The notes beneath the pieces were generated by a model that was not told the DNA's origin, did no database searches, and saw only the letters and a program-made list of their open reading frames with translations. Positions 47,575-55,896 of a stretch of 55,896 bases of DNA are shown piece by piece. The DNA lies in the IMG/VR virus record IMGVR_UViG_3300032233_000817, positions 1 through 55,896 of that record; one strand, written 5' to 3'. Position 1 is the stretch's first letter. Each line of letters starts with the position of its first letter. A program made the position numbers and the translations under genes. The stretch comes from a virus. Taxonomy: Duplodnaviria > Caudoviricetes.

Positions 47575-48882
47575 CTATTTGAATTGAGTTTGTGCTTCAA
47601 ATACTGTAAATGCGGCTGAACCTGTTTTTACTATAGTATATGAGTAAGCATCTATACTTGAAGCGTTACCTGCTGTATATGCTGTACCACCTTGATATTT
47701 AGGTGTAACAGAATTTCCATCTATAGTGAGAGCATTATTGTAATAAGCAGTTGTACCTTGAGTTACTAGAAATACAACTGTAAGAGAATCATTAGTAGAC
47801 ATTAAAGTATTTAAAGATGTTGTTGCATTACCTCTGATATTGACAGTCCAGTTAGCACTTGCGTTAGATGTGTAATATAGAACTGATTGTGTGGTTACAT
47901 CATAATTGATTGTGCCTGTTGCGGCAGTTGCAGAGATAGTTGATGTTTCAGTAGCATTGATAAATGCAGAAGCTAGAGAGCCTGTTGCACCTGTAAATGT
48001 TTGTTTAGCTGTAAATGATTGAGCTATGGCTAGTCCCGCTACTGTAGCACTTGACGCTGGGAATGTCATTGTTGTTGAATCAGTACCTGCTAAAGTAAGC
48101 GTGTTACTTGCTGTTAATGTTTTACCGTCGGCAATTGTAAGTGTCGATGCTGTAGCTGGCGCTGTAAGTGCTACTTTGTTTACAGAAGTTGCTGTAGCTA
48201 CACCTAATACGGGAGTTACAAGTGTTGGGGATGTTGCAAATACGTTTGCTCCTGTACCTGTTTCATCTGTAAGTGCGGCTGCTAAATTAGCTGATGTAGG
48301 TGTTCCTAAAAAGGTTGCTACGCCTGTGCCTAAACTAGTAATACCTGTACCACCATTAGCGACGGGTAGTGTTCCTGTTACATTAGCAGTTAAACTAGCG
48401 TAAGTAGTAGATGTTGAACCTGTACCGCCAGAAGCTATTGGAAGAGCTGAACCAAGGGTCAATGAAGTAGCATGAGTTACTGCGTCAACAACGTTAGTGC
48501 CGTTGTTATATACAAACATGGTCTTACCTGCTGGAACTGCGATACCTGTTCCTGTTGTATTTTTAACTGTGATTGCGTCAGCACAAGTATTATTAATTAA
48601 ATATAGTTTTTCAATTTGACAACCTGAGCCTAAGATCAAGCTACGAGCCCCACCTGTAGTGCCTGTTAGATTTAAACGTAGATTTCTAGCAGCTTGAGTA
48701 GCATTTGTATCAGTAAGCGTTACAGTAACGTCTGCACTAGAAAAGGCTACATCAGCAGATCCTGTAATAGCTTCGCCAAGAGCTGCGTCGCCTAAGTTAG
48801 TGTTAGTTGTTGTGCCCCATGTACCAGACTGTTCGCCTGTAGCTATGAGTTCTATTTTCAGTGCTGAATAGGTGCTTGCCAT
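47575..48882 (-). CDS. Tail fibre / structural protein
   Basis: GEQSGTWG.TTN N-domain, LP.A.GGTG repeats, Thr-rich. Confidence 0.75.
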   Translation of the reverse strand: MASTYSALKIELIATGEQSGTWGTTTNTNLGDAALGEAITGSADVAFSSADVTVTLTDTNATQAARNLRLNLTGTTGGARSLILGSGCQIEKLYLINNTCADAITVKNTTGTGIAVPAGKTMFVYNNGTNVVDAVTHATSLTLGSALPIASGGTGSTSTTYASLTANVTGTLPVANGGTGITSLGTGVATFLGTPTSANLAAALTDETGTGANVFATSPTLVTPVLGVATATSVNKVALTAPATASTLTIADGKTLTASNTLTLAGTDSTTMTFPASSATVAGLAIAQSFTAKQTFTGATGSLASAFINATETSTISATAATGTINYDVTTQSVLYYTSNASANWTVNIRGNATTSLNTLMSTNDSLTVVFLVTQGTTAYYNNALTIDGNSVTPKYQGGTAYTAGNASSIDAYSYTIVKTGSAAFTVFEAQTQFK

Positions 48883-48928
48883 AATAAATTCCTTTTAGTT
48901 TGCTATATTTTACTACAAATTGTTCTTT

Positions 48929-49711
48929 TTATGCTGCTATTTGCACCCATCCAGGTGTTTGTGCTGTATTTATCACATTCCAATTCGGGTTACTTAATGT
49001 AGATGTTCCACCTACTAAGGTAAGCACTGCTGCTGCTGGGGCTATTACCCTACCTGTAAGTACTGATGGTGCTACGCCTGTTAAATTAAGTGTTGCTACG
49101 TCAGGGGTTATAACTGCACCCGTAAGGGCTTTTGGTGCGTCGCTTGCTATTGTTAAGGTACTTACTGCTGGTGTTATTACATCCCCTGTAAGTACATCGG
49201 GTGCTGCTCCTACAAGACTTAAACTTCCTGTATCGGGTGTTTTAAATATATTAAGTTGTTGTACAACACCCGGTGCTACACCAACTAATGTTAATGTCCC
49301 TACAGCAGGGGTTATAATACTACCTGTAAGAGCTGTGGGTGCTACACCTACTAATGTTACCGCACGAACGGCGGGGGTAATTATCTTACCTTGTATGACT
49401 GAAGGTGCTACGCCTGCTAGTGTTACTGTGCCTACAGCGGGCGTTACTACATTTCCTGTAACTACAATACTTGGTGCAGATCCTATAATTACAGATTGTC
49501 CCGTAGGAGTTATTACTTGTCCTGTAACTACACTTGGAGCACTACCTACTAATGTTAATGTCCTTACGGCAGGAGTTATAATTTTACCTTGTACAACTGA
49601 AGGTGCTATGCCCGTAAGTGTTACTGTGCCTACGCCTGCCTCGATGACAATTCCTTGCCCCCATTCAGCAGAACTCCAGGTACCGCGTCCCCAGCCAGTT
49701 GTTACTGCCAC
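48929..49711 (-). CDS. Thr/Val-rich repeat structural protein
   Basis: About ten ~24-aa ITPAVGTLTLxGxAPxV repeats. Confidence 0.7.
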   Translation of the reverse strand: MAVTTGWGRGTWSSAEWGQGIVIEAGVGTVTLTGIAPSVVQGKIITPAVRTLTLVGSAPSVVTGQVITPTGQSVIIGSAPSIVVTGNVVTPAVGTVTLAGVAPSVIQGKIITPAVRAVTLVGVAPTALTGSIITPAVGTLTLVGVAPGVVQQLNIFKTPDTGSLSLVGAAPDVLTGDVITPAVSTLTIASDAPKALTGAVITPDVATLNLTGVAPSVLTGRVIAPAAAVLTLVGGTSTLSNPNWNVINTAQTPGWVQIAA

Positions 49712-49721
49712 GACTAAACTC

Positions 49722-50180
49722 TTAAGTTAGAGTAAAGATGCCGGTAGCAGCAGGTAAAACTGTCAATGTATTAGGTGATGTTACAGTAAATTGAGCACTA
49801 GATAATTGGCAGAAACATAATAACTTACCAGCGCCAGCGCCAGTTGAATTACGTAGAATCGCGTATCTAATGTTAGTTAATGAAGCACCAGAAGCTGTAA
49901 ATGCTAAACCTACTGTAGACATTGTGAACTTCATTTGTTTTGCTGAAGCACCTACTGTCCATTGAGCCGTTGCCGGTACTAAGTTTTTACCACCTGTTGT
50001 ATATCCACCAGTAGCTGAAATCTCAGCAGTAATCTGAGCATAGGTACTAAGTGTAAAAGTTGAAGCATTACTTGAAGTTCGCGCTAAAACCATTTTAATT
50101 ACTCCAGCGCCTAGTGTAATGGTTCCGTTACCTATATATCGTTTAGCATAATTATATAATTGCCATGCAGTTGCAGCCAT
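49722..50180 (-). CDS. Virion structural protein
   Basis: E....GYTTGG..L motif; paralog of 51607..52062. Confidence 0.7.
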   Translation of the reverse strand: MAATAWQLYNYAKRYIGNGTITLGAGVIKMVLARTSSNASTFTLSTYAQITAEISATGGYTTGGKNLVPATAQWTVGASAKQMKFTMSTVGLAFTASGASLTNIRYAILRNSTGAGAGKLLCFCQLSSAQFTVTSPNTLTVLPAATGIFTLT

Positions 50181-50181
50181 T

Positions 50182-51606
50182 TTAAATCTCCTTTATGTCG
50201 GCGTATGATGCGCCAGTTTCTAAAATATGACGGAGTAACCCGCCGTAAATGTTTAATTCAATTTCATCCCCTAGCATACGAATCAAATCAATAAATTCTT
50301 GTGCTTGAGAAATCATCCACGGGTTACAGTTAAATATTTTTCCGCCCACGTTTACGGGTATGCTTAACTGTCCATCATTTTCTATTTGTTCATATGCATG
50401 GTGAACTTCATCTTCTAAACAGGAATCGCATCCAAAGAGATGAAACTGTTTAAAACCTAACATCCTAAACAACGGTATTGCTCTTAAAAGGACTGTCGAT
50501 CCTCCTGGAACAGGATACCAAGTTCGGTATTGTTTAGCTAATATGTCATTAAGTAACTCAGTACTTGTGTGCCATATATAGGTTCTATCTTTTGGAAGCC
50601 CATCAAACGTAGTAGGATCACATTGAGAAGCAATAAAATACTTACAATGATCTACCACAGGTTGTGTAAATCGTGCATTAAATGGTCTTGCATCTACCAT
50701 AACCATAGCAGAAGGCGTAATACCATTGTCTAGGCACCATTTATAAGCCCCATTAATTGTGATCAGTTTAACACCATCAGCCCGTTTTTGTCTAATAGTT
50801 TCTAGGTGTTCATTCAATGACGGTCCACCGCCTACAATCATAACTTCTTGGTCATTCGTAGGGTGGGGTTCTATTTGTAAAAAACCTCGTTTAATATTGT
50901 GCTCTACGTTTGCTTTGATAATTTCATCGTCTGTATTAAGCACTCCAGCATCAACAATATCAGAACCTTTTAACCAATTACTTACATAAAATAAACAATA
51001 ACCTTTTTCTTCTTTAGACCAATGAATAACACAATCTCGGTCTATAAACTTTTTTAACCACCATTCATATGGATGTACACTTAAATGAAGCTTATGCCCC
51101 ACCAATTTACCCATAACATCATCTTCAGTAGCAATTTGAAAGAATACATGCTGACAAGCAGCCAAACAATTATCTAATACTTTATCTACATGATGAGGTC
51201 TTATATGCTCCATCACATCAGTACAAAACCCATAAGCTGCTTTAACAGGTAAGGGTTGAGATAAGTCCGCCTCTACAAATCGCATAGCATGCTTCTGTGT
51301 TTCTAGCATTGGTCGAATATCTTCGTCTAAACAATTATCTGCGAAGTCAACCATCGTGACATCTAAGCCACCAAAAAAAGCTAAATTAAGAGCACCTCGT
51401 CCAGTGCCACAACCCAAATCTAATACTGATGCGCCTTTAGGTGGTCTAGCTTGTTTTAAAAATTCGTGTGCGATGTGTTCACCAGGAGCTACAACTCTAT
51501 ACTCCGGTCTGTCCCACATCATTTTATATAAATCTTTTTCTAGGGGTCTTACATTATTAATATTTACTTGTGGTGCTTCTGAAAATACTGATGAATCTAA
51601 TGTCAT
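50182..51606 (-). CDS. Class I SAM methyltransferase fused to an MptE-like/Maf (DUF115) domain
   Basis: VLDLGCGTG, DVMEH; IVGGGPSL, ITING, GGSTV, LGF....LFGCD. Confidence 0.8.
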   Translation of the reverse strand: MTLDSSVFSEAPQVNINNVRPLEKDLYKMMWDRPEYRVVAPGEHIAHEFLKQARPPKGASVLDLGCGTGRGALNLAFFGGLDVTMVDFADNCLDEDIRPMLETQKHAMRFVEADLSQPLPVKAAYGFCTDVMEHIRPHHVDKVLDNCLAACQHVFFQIATEDDVMGKLVGHKLHLSVHPYEWWLKKFIDRDCVIHWSKEEKGYCLFYVSNWLKGSDIVDAGVLNTDDEIIKANVEHNIKRGFLQIEPHPTNDQEVMIVGGGPSLNEHLETIRQKRADGVKLITINGAYKWCLDNGITPSAMVMVDARPFNARFTQPVVDHCKYFIASQCDPTTFDGLPKDRTYIWHTSTELLNDILAKQYRTWYPVPGGSTVLLRAIPLFRMLGFKQFHLFGCDSCLEDEVHHAYEQIENDGQLSIPVNVGGKIFNCNPWMISQAQEFIDLIRMLGDEIELNIYGGLLRHILETGASYADIKEI

Positions 51607-52062
51607 TTAAGAAATCCTTATAATTGCAGCGTCCGATGTAGATGCCGGGAATGTTACTGTAAACGTTTGCGCGGTAGCGGTTTTAGTGCCACCAAAGTTT
51701 AATACTGCTACTGCTTTATTACCTTGAGTACTATTATATATCAAAGCACCATCTGCTGAAAAGCTTGCACTAGTCCAACTAGAATTATCAAAGTTTAACC
51801 ATGCTGTTGTTTCAGTACTTGTTGATGTTGGGACTTGAGATATAACTAATGTATTACCACCTGCTGTATAACCTGTACCTGTAACTTCATTCAGTGTTGT
51901 ATATACTGTTGTGGCAGCGTCAAGCGTAGCTAGCGTTGAATATAGGGCTATTTTAAAAGTATCCGCTGCAGTAGACGCACGAATAACGCCCACACCAAAA
52001 TTATGTATGCCATCTAAAATTTCAACTTTAAAGCTTGTTGCTAGTGTTTGTGAGATTGCCAA
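51607..52062 (-). CDS. Virion structural protein
   Basis: FKIALY, NEV.GTGYTAGG, GALIYN, VLNFG motifs. Confidence 0.75.
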   Translation of the reverse strand: MAISQTLATSFKVEILDGIHNFGVGVIRASTAADTFKIALYSTLATLDAATTVYTTLNEVTGTGYTAGGNTLVISQVPTSTSTETTAWLNFDNSSWTSASFSADGALIYNSTQGNKAVAVLNFGGTKTATAQTFTVTFPASTSDAAIIRIS

Positions 52063-52073
52063 TTTAGTTTCCT

Positions 52074-52709
52074 TTATTGTACTGGGTATCTAACTTGACC
52101 TGATCGGTATGAGTCCTGTCTATCTTTGCCATCACCAAGCTGTTTGAGTAATAACATCGCTTCATCGTATCTAGATTTATAAGTAGCCATCACGTCTGCT
52201 TCACCCTTCATATAAGTATAAGCCTCTAATAAAGACCCATAAAGAAGGACAGAACTAAAATTAGTACCTACCCATGAAGTGCCTGCTGTTGTAATTGACT
52301 CAGGATAATAGAAGTAATGAAGTTCTGCTGAATAGTTAGCATCAGGTGTAGGACCTACAATAAACGATGAAGCATTAAATACCGCATAGTATTGTGGTTC
52401 GCCATAAAAAGCTGAGTCAGTATCAGGAAATGATTGTCTAATAAAGTTCACATCTTTGTTTAAAAGATATAAGTATTCGTTGTCTGTATTAATAACAGCT
52501 AAGCTAAATGTAGCTAACCAATCTGTAGGCATCGCTAAATACTTATTACCCGAACTTAATGAACCTGTTACGTTTTTACGTAGTGCAGGTAGTTGGACTG
52601 TATTGTAAATACGTTGTTCTGCTTGAGTTATAAACGTGTTTATATCCGTTGTAGTAAACGTATTTTCTGTGTAGTCCTGTATTTGTGCGACAAGTTCAGT
52701 GTACGTCAT
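52074..52709 (-). CDS. Head-tail adaptor / tail tubular protein A-like
   Basis: FI.QAEQRI, G.P.YYA, GPTPD, LLYGSL.EA motifs. Confidence 0.7.
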   Translation of the reverse strand: MTYTELVAQIQDYTENTFTTTDINTFITQAEQRIYNTVQLPALRKNVTGSLSSGNKYLAMPTDWLATFSLAVINTDNEYLYLLNKDVNFIRQSFPDTDSAFYGEPQYYAVFNASSFIVGPTPDANYSAELHYFYYPESITTAGTSWVGTNFSSVLLYGSLLEAYTYMKGEADVMATYKSRYDEAMLLLKQLGDGKDRQDSYRSGQVRYPVQ

Positions 52710-52712
52710 TTA

Positions 52713-52934
52713 TTACGCCATAGGCCCACGAGCTTTGCGGCCTTTAGTAGCTGCGCCATTACCACGAGTTTCAAGTTCACCATGTCTATTCATTGCATCA
52801 GAACCAGGATCTCCTGCACTAACACGTTGTACACCTGTACCTTTATTAAGGTCTTGTGCTTTTAACTTGTTAGGATCTTGTGAAAAATAAATATCTGCGT
52901 TAGGTACATCTATTGGTTGTTTATATTCTGCCAT
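52713..52934 (-). CDS. Small late protein with RGNGAATKG motif
   Basis: 73-aa ORF, AGAGG RBS. Confidence 0.7.
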   Translation of the reverse strand: MAEYKQPIDVPNADIYFSQDPNKLKAQDLNKGTGVQRVSAGDPGSDAMNRHGELETRGNGAATKGRKARGPMA

Positions 52935-52939
52935 GATTA

Positions 52940-53128
52940 TTATCCTCTTTTTTGTGCTGCAATTTTAGCTAAGCCACGACCCATTTTTTTCATGTCAGCA
53001 TTTAATTTGCCAACAGTATGTTTAATTGGACCGTTTTGAATTCCTACGTTAGGGCCTGTATCGCCTAAATTTTTACCTTTGGTTTTACCTTGTTTAGTAA
53101 TACCGTCTGCGCCTGATTTATATGCCAT
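52940..53128 (-). CDS. Small basic late protein with ADG....GKTKG motif
   Basis: 62 aa, AGGAG RBS. Confidence 0.7.
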   Translation of the reverse strand: MAYKSGADGITKQGKTKGKNLGDTGPNVGIQNGPIKHTVGKLNADMKKMGRGLAKIAAQKRG

Positions 53129-53139
53129 TTTACTTCTCC

Positions 53140-53568
53140 TTAAGATATTGATATTGTTACATCACCTAGTGCACTTGTTCCTACTAAGTCATTTGGTGTT
53201 AGTGCCGCATCAAAATAACTAGCACCGCCTACAGGATTATAACCCCATTGTATAACTCTACTACCCATTAAAGGGACACCTGTTTGTGAGGTTGATACGC
53301 CTGTTGTTTCATCTGTCTGTAAACCATTTAAACCCGATTGGTAATAACCTAAATCAGGTCTTGGATTACGCACTGCTTGCGGATCGTTAACTGGGTACAT
53401 ACCTAGTTGTAATTGCGGTTGATCTGGTTCCCAGCATTCATGACACACTAGTATATTAACATTTTTTGTCTTAATAACTAAGCGTTTAAGTTCTTTTAAC
53501 TTATATCTAAATCCACATCGATCACATTGGGCAATCGAGTTCTTGGCACTAGCGTATTTGGTTGGCAT
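53140..53568 (-). CDS. Conserved structural-module protein with CxxC...CxxC
   Basis: CDRCGF, CHECWE, DPQA..PRPD. Confidence 0.75.
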   Translation of the reverse strand: MPTKYASAKNSIAQCDRCGFRYKLKELKRLVIKTKNVNILVCHECWEPDQPQLQLGMYPVNDPQAVRNPRPDLGYYQSGLNGLQTDETTGVSTSQTGVPLMGSRVIQWGYNPVGGASYFDAALTPNDLVGTSALGDVTISIS

Positions 53569-54089
53569 TAAACGAACCTGCCTTTTGTCTTACCTTTTTT
53601 CTCTATGCCGTGTCCACGTACTTTAGGTTTAGCAACTTTTTTAACTTTGCCACCTTTTTTAAAACTATATTCAGCGCCAACATTACCTTGATCTACTCCG
53701 CCTCTACCGGCACCTAATCCTGCTTGTAGCTTTAAATTGTCTGTAATTTGGTTAGCATAATTAAGATCAGCTCTATCAAGTCCAACATCTTTCCAACCTT
53801 GCCCTTTAGCATAGTGTCCTGATAGCCCAGCTTCAATACTAGATTTATCATTAATAGGTTGCTTATATCCTATACGTCCGCCAAGTACTGTAACGTCTTT
53901 ACTTTTACTTCCGCCACCTGCGATATTAAATCCTGATTCAGGTCTATATTGAACTACGTTTAGATCAGGTCTTGCATTTTGTGGAGCTTGTACTACGTTT
54001 TCTTCGGGAGCCGCAAATCTACGAGTTCCCTCAAGCTTCATTTGTCTTAATATTGCCGCAAGTTCTTTTTTATCTACCTCAGCCATCAC
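53568..54089 (-). CDS. Late protein with amphipathic beta-strand (outer-membrane-barrel-like) region and basic tail
   Basis: Alternating strands ending GAEYSF, then KKGGKVKK...RGHG...GKTKGRFV. Confidence 0.6.
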   Translation of the reverse strand: MMAEVDKKELAAILRQMKLEGTRRFAAPEENVVQAPQNARPDLNVVQYRPESGFNIAGGGSKSKDVTVLGGRIGYKQPINDKSSIEAGLSGHYAKGQGWKDVGLDRADLNYANQITDNLKLQAGLGAGRGGVDQGNVGAEYSFKKGGKVKKVAKPKVRGHGIEKKGKTKGRFV

Positions 54090-55040
54090 TTAGCCTCTAA
54101 AAAACTGTTCACGAGGCACAAATCTAATACTTGCTTTTTCTCTATCCTCATCAGCTGCTAATTGGAATGCTGCTTCATAGTCGGCTCTTAACATCTGAAT
54201 ACGATCAGGAGATACATTAGGTAACTTCATGCTTAAATATGCAGCTAACCCTGCAACCATGCAAGGAATAAATCTAAACGGAATATCTTCTACAGTCAAA
54301 CCATTACCTGCGTCTTGAATACGTCTTAATCTATAATACACAAACTGATAGTTGTCACTTTGATCTGGCGCTGGCCATACATTAACTGTAGGTAAGTTCT
54401 GTACATATACTCTAGTAGCGGTTATATGAGTCGCAGCAGTTGTGTTATTAACACCTCGTACACATCCCGTTAATTGGTAGTACGTTGTAGCGCCACTTAC
54501 TGTTGTTGTAAGTCCGCCATATTGAATGGTTTCGTTATCTAATCTAATAAAGCCAAACTGCGCTAAACCTACAATAGAAGTTAAGTTAATCGTAGTCGCT
54601 GTAGAAGTAACGGCACCGTCTGTATATAAATCAGTAGGGTTCTCTTGACCACTCTGTCTATTAATCCACACTTGTATAGGACGTCCTGTTGCATTTTTAT
54701 TAGGTATTGTAATATAGGTTGACTCACTAATACGGTTAATATTAATATCTTGTTGGTTCTGACCTGTACCGGTTCTAGTCACCATATCAAGAAGGTCTAT
54801 AGTATCAGTAGGTAGTGCATACATAATTTGGTTTTGGTTTAAATTGATTTGACCAGGTTCAATGGTCCACATATTAATACCGCGGTTAGCCCATTCAATC
54901 GTAAGTAGGTTTAGTGAACGGCGTGCAGTACGTAGATCATACCCAGTACGTAGTTCTTGTCCACATCGTTCAAATGCATCTTCAACCAGATTATTTAAAT
55001 CTAAGTTAAAACTCGTGGTCCCTGTGGTTCTATCTACCAT
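54090..55040 (-). CDS. Second head-tail adaptor-like structural protein
   Basis: ARRSLNL...W.NRG.N.WT, GRP, VWPAPD, PFRF.PC...GLA. Confidence 0.7.
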   Translation of the reverse strand: MVDRTTGTTSFNLDLNNLVEDAFERCGQELRTGYDLRTARRSLNLLTIEWANRGINMWTIEPGQINLNQNQIMYALPTDTIDLLDMVTRTGTGQNQQDININRISESTYITIPNKNATGRPIQVWINRQSGQENPTDLYTDGAVTSTATTINLTSIVGLAQFGFIRLDNETIQYGGLTTTVSGATTYYQLTGCVRGVNNTTAATHITATRVYVQNLPTVNVWPAPDQSDNYQFVYYRLRRIQDAGNGLTVEDIPFRFIPCMVAGLAAYLSMKLPNVSPDRIQMLRADYEAAFQLAADEDREKASIRFVPREQFFRG

Positions 55041-55042
55041 GA

Positions 55043-55291
55043 TTATATTTTTCTAAAAGATTTTACTTTTTGTTTAATAGATTTAGGCTGAGCTACAAAC
55101 TGTTTACCTTTAGCTTTACCTGCTCTTTTTGCTTTTGTCGTTGCTGCATATTCTTGTGGGCTTAATGCTTTAATTGCTTTTTCTGGTAAGTATCTTTCAC
55201 CTGTTTCGCTAGACTTTTTACCAGACTTAGTTGTCCACTTTTGTTCACCCCATGCTTTTAGTGAACGTTGTGGTTTAGCTAATGCACTCAC
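55043..55291 (-). CDS. Small basic conserved phage protein
   Basis: SLK.W..QKW.TKSGK, ERYLP motifs. Confidence 0.75.
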   Translation of the reverse strand: MSALAKPQRSLKAWGEQKWTTKSGKKSSETGERYLPEKAIKALSPQEYAATTKAKRAGKAKGKQFVAQPKSIKQKVKSFRKI

Positions 55292-55560
55292 TTATATCCA
55301 CCGCCTGAAGCTTTATATCGTTTAGCCATGAGTTGAGCCTTACGTGCTGACCATTGACCCGCACCTGTACCTTGCACGGCAGCTGCTTTAATACTGTTAA
55401 ATATTCTTTTACGTAGACCAGGTTTTGTGTAGTTACCAGCTTTGTTTACAGTACCACCTTCTTTATACTGAGTAAAGTCTGTGCTATCTCTACGGGCTTT
55501 CTTTTTACCCTTAGGCATTTTATCAGGCATTATAGCGCCCATACCACGTGAAGGTCTCAT
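55288..55560 (-). CDS. Small basic conserved phage protein (DUF5872-like)
   Basis: NYTKP.LR, GQWSARKAQL...Y...GGGY. Confidence 0.75.
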   Translation of the reverse strand: MRPSRGMGAIMPDKMPKGKKKARRDSTDFTQYKEGGTVNKAGNYTKPGLRKRIFNSIKAAAVQGTGAGQWSARKAQLMAKRYKASGGGYK

Positions 55561-55820
55561 TATGCTCTTGTCTTTCCTCTAACGCAGCAACCATCAGCAC
55601 GAGATGAAGCGGTACCACCTTTAGCCATCTTTTTAACTTTAGATTCTGCTTCTTTAGCTTTTTTCATTTCATCATAGCCCTGATCTAAACCACGTCTAGC
55701 ACTTTCATGAGGGTTACCAAGAGCTGCATCTAAAGCTTTGTTAATAGGGCCCATAACCGGACCTTCTTTACCTCTTTTAAGTCCTTGTCCGTAACCTTCT
55801 AAATAATCTTCTTTAGCCAT
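55560..55820 (-). CDS. Small late protein with MAKGG and RADG...GKT tail
   Basis: Start moved to MAKEDY (55820), just after the upstream stop and an AAGG RBS. Confidence 0.7.
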   Translation of the reverse strand: MAKEDYLEGYGQGLKRGKEGPVMGPINKALDAALGNPHESARRGLDQGYDEMKKAKEAESKVKKMAKGGTASSRADGCCVRGKTRA

Positions 55821-55830
55821 ATTATTCCCT

Positions 55831-55896
55831 TTAACACATCTTTCCGCGAGTTTTACCACGTTGAGCACATCCATCTGCACGTTTAGATGCAGTTGA
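55831..55896 (-). CDS. C-terminal fragment of a small late protein, ...STASKRADGCAQRGKTRGKMC
   Basis: Open frame to the window edge with the same tail motif as its neighbour. Confidence 0.7.
   Translation of the reverse strand, partial: STASKRADGCAQRGKTRGKMC

Noticed and set aside
48900-49730. 276-aa plus-strand ORF
   Set aside because: Antisense mirror of the repeat protein, which has the RBS and fits the operon direction
55821-55880. Extension of ORF 55560..55880
   Set aside because: Overlaps the end of the upstream gene in another frame; start at 55820 is better supported
1-55896. tRNA genes, integrase/att site, reverse transcriptase or diversity-generating retroelement
   Set aside because: No cloverleaf, recombinase or RT motifs recognised by eye; tRNAscan-SE and HMM searches would be needed to exclude them
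1-55896. Alternative genetic code
   Set aside because: Core genes are intact under the standard code and TAA, TAG and TGA all end coupled genes

Overview
AT-rich, gene-dense segment of a tailed dsDNA phage with podovirus-like morphogenesis genes, probably most of one genome. The major capsid gene is not in the window. No integrase, CI-type repressor or tRNA was recognised. A proteobacterial aquatic host is an inference only. Layout: (1) minus-strand head/packaging module at 1-6794 (scaffold, GroES, portal, TerL); (2) control and early region at 6880-11300 with an SprT-like protease, a candidate small RNA, an array of promoter-gene-terminator cassettes and an iteron-rich putative origin; (3) plus-strand small early genes and replication genes at 11333-29347 (VRR-NUC, SleB, TraR-like, PolA, PD-(D/E)XK, HNH, SNF2 helicase, SSB, primase-helicase); (4) minus-strand virion and lysis genes at 29344-55896. 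The best candidate for a new system is the cassette array. Five modules are each closed by a tetraloop terminator plus a conserved 19-bp GAACRGGTATCAAAGGGCT site, and they share near-identical promoters and a CACGGGAGAA-type leader. Just upstream, a divergently oriented ~100-nt two-hairpin RNA candidate carries sequence complementary to that leader. Also notable: a shared peptide tag on many small late proteins, a signal-less beta-barrel-like late protein, and a methyltransferase/Maf-like fusion among Thr-rich virion genes. All product calls come from motif recognition by eye; no database search was run.
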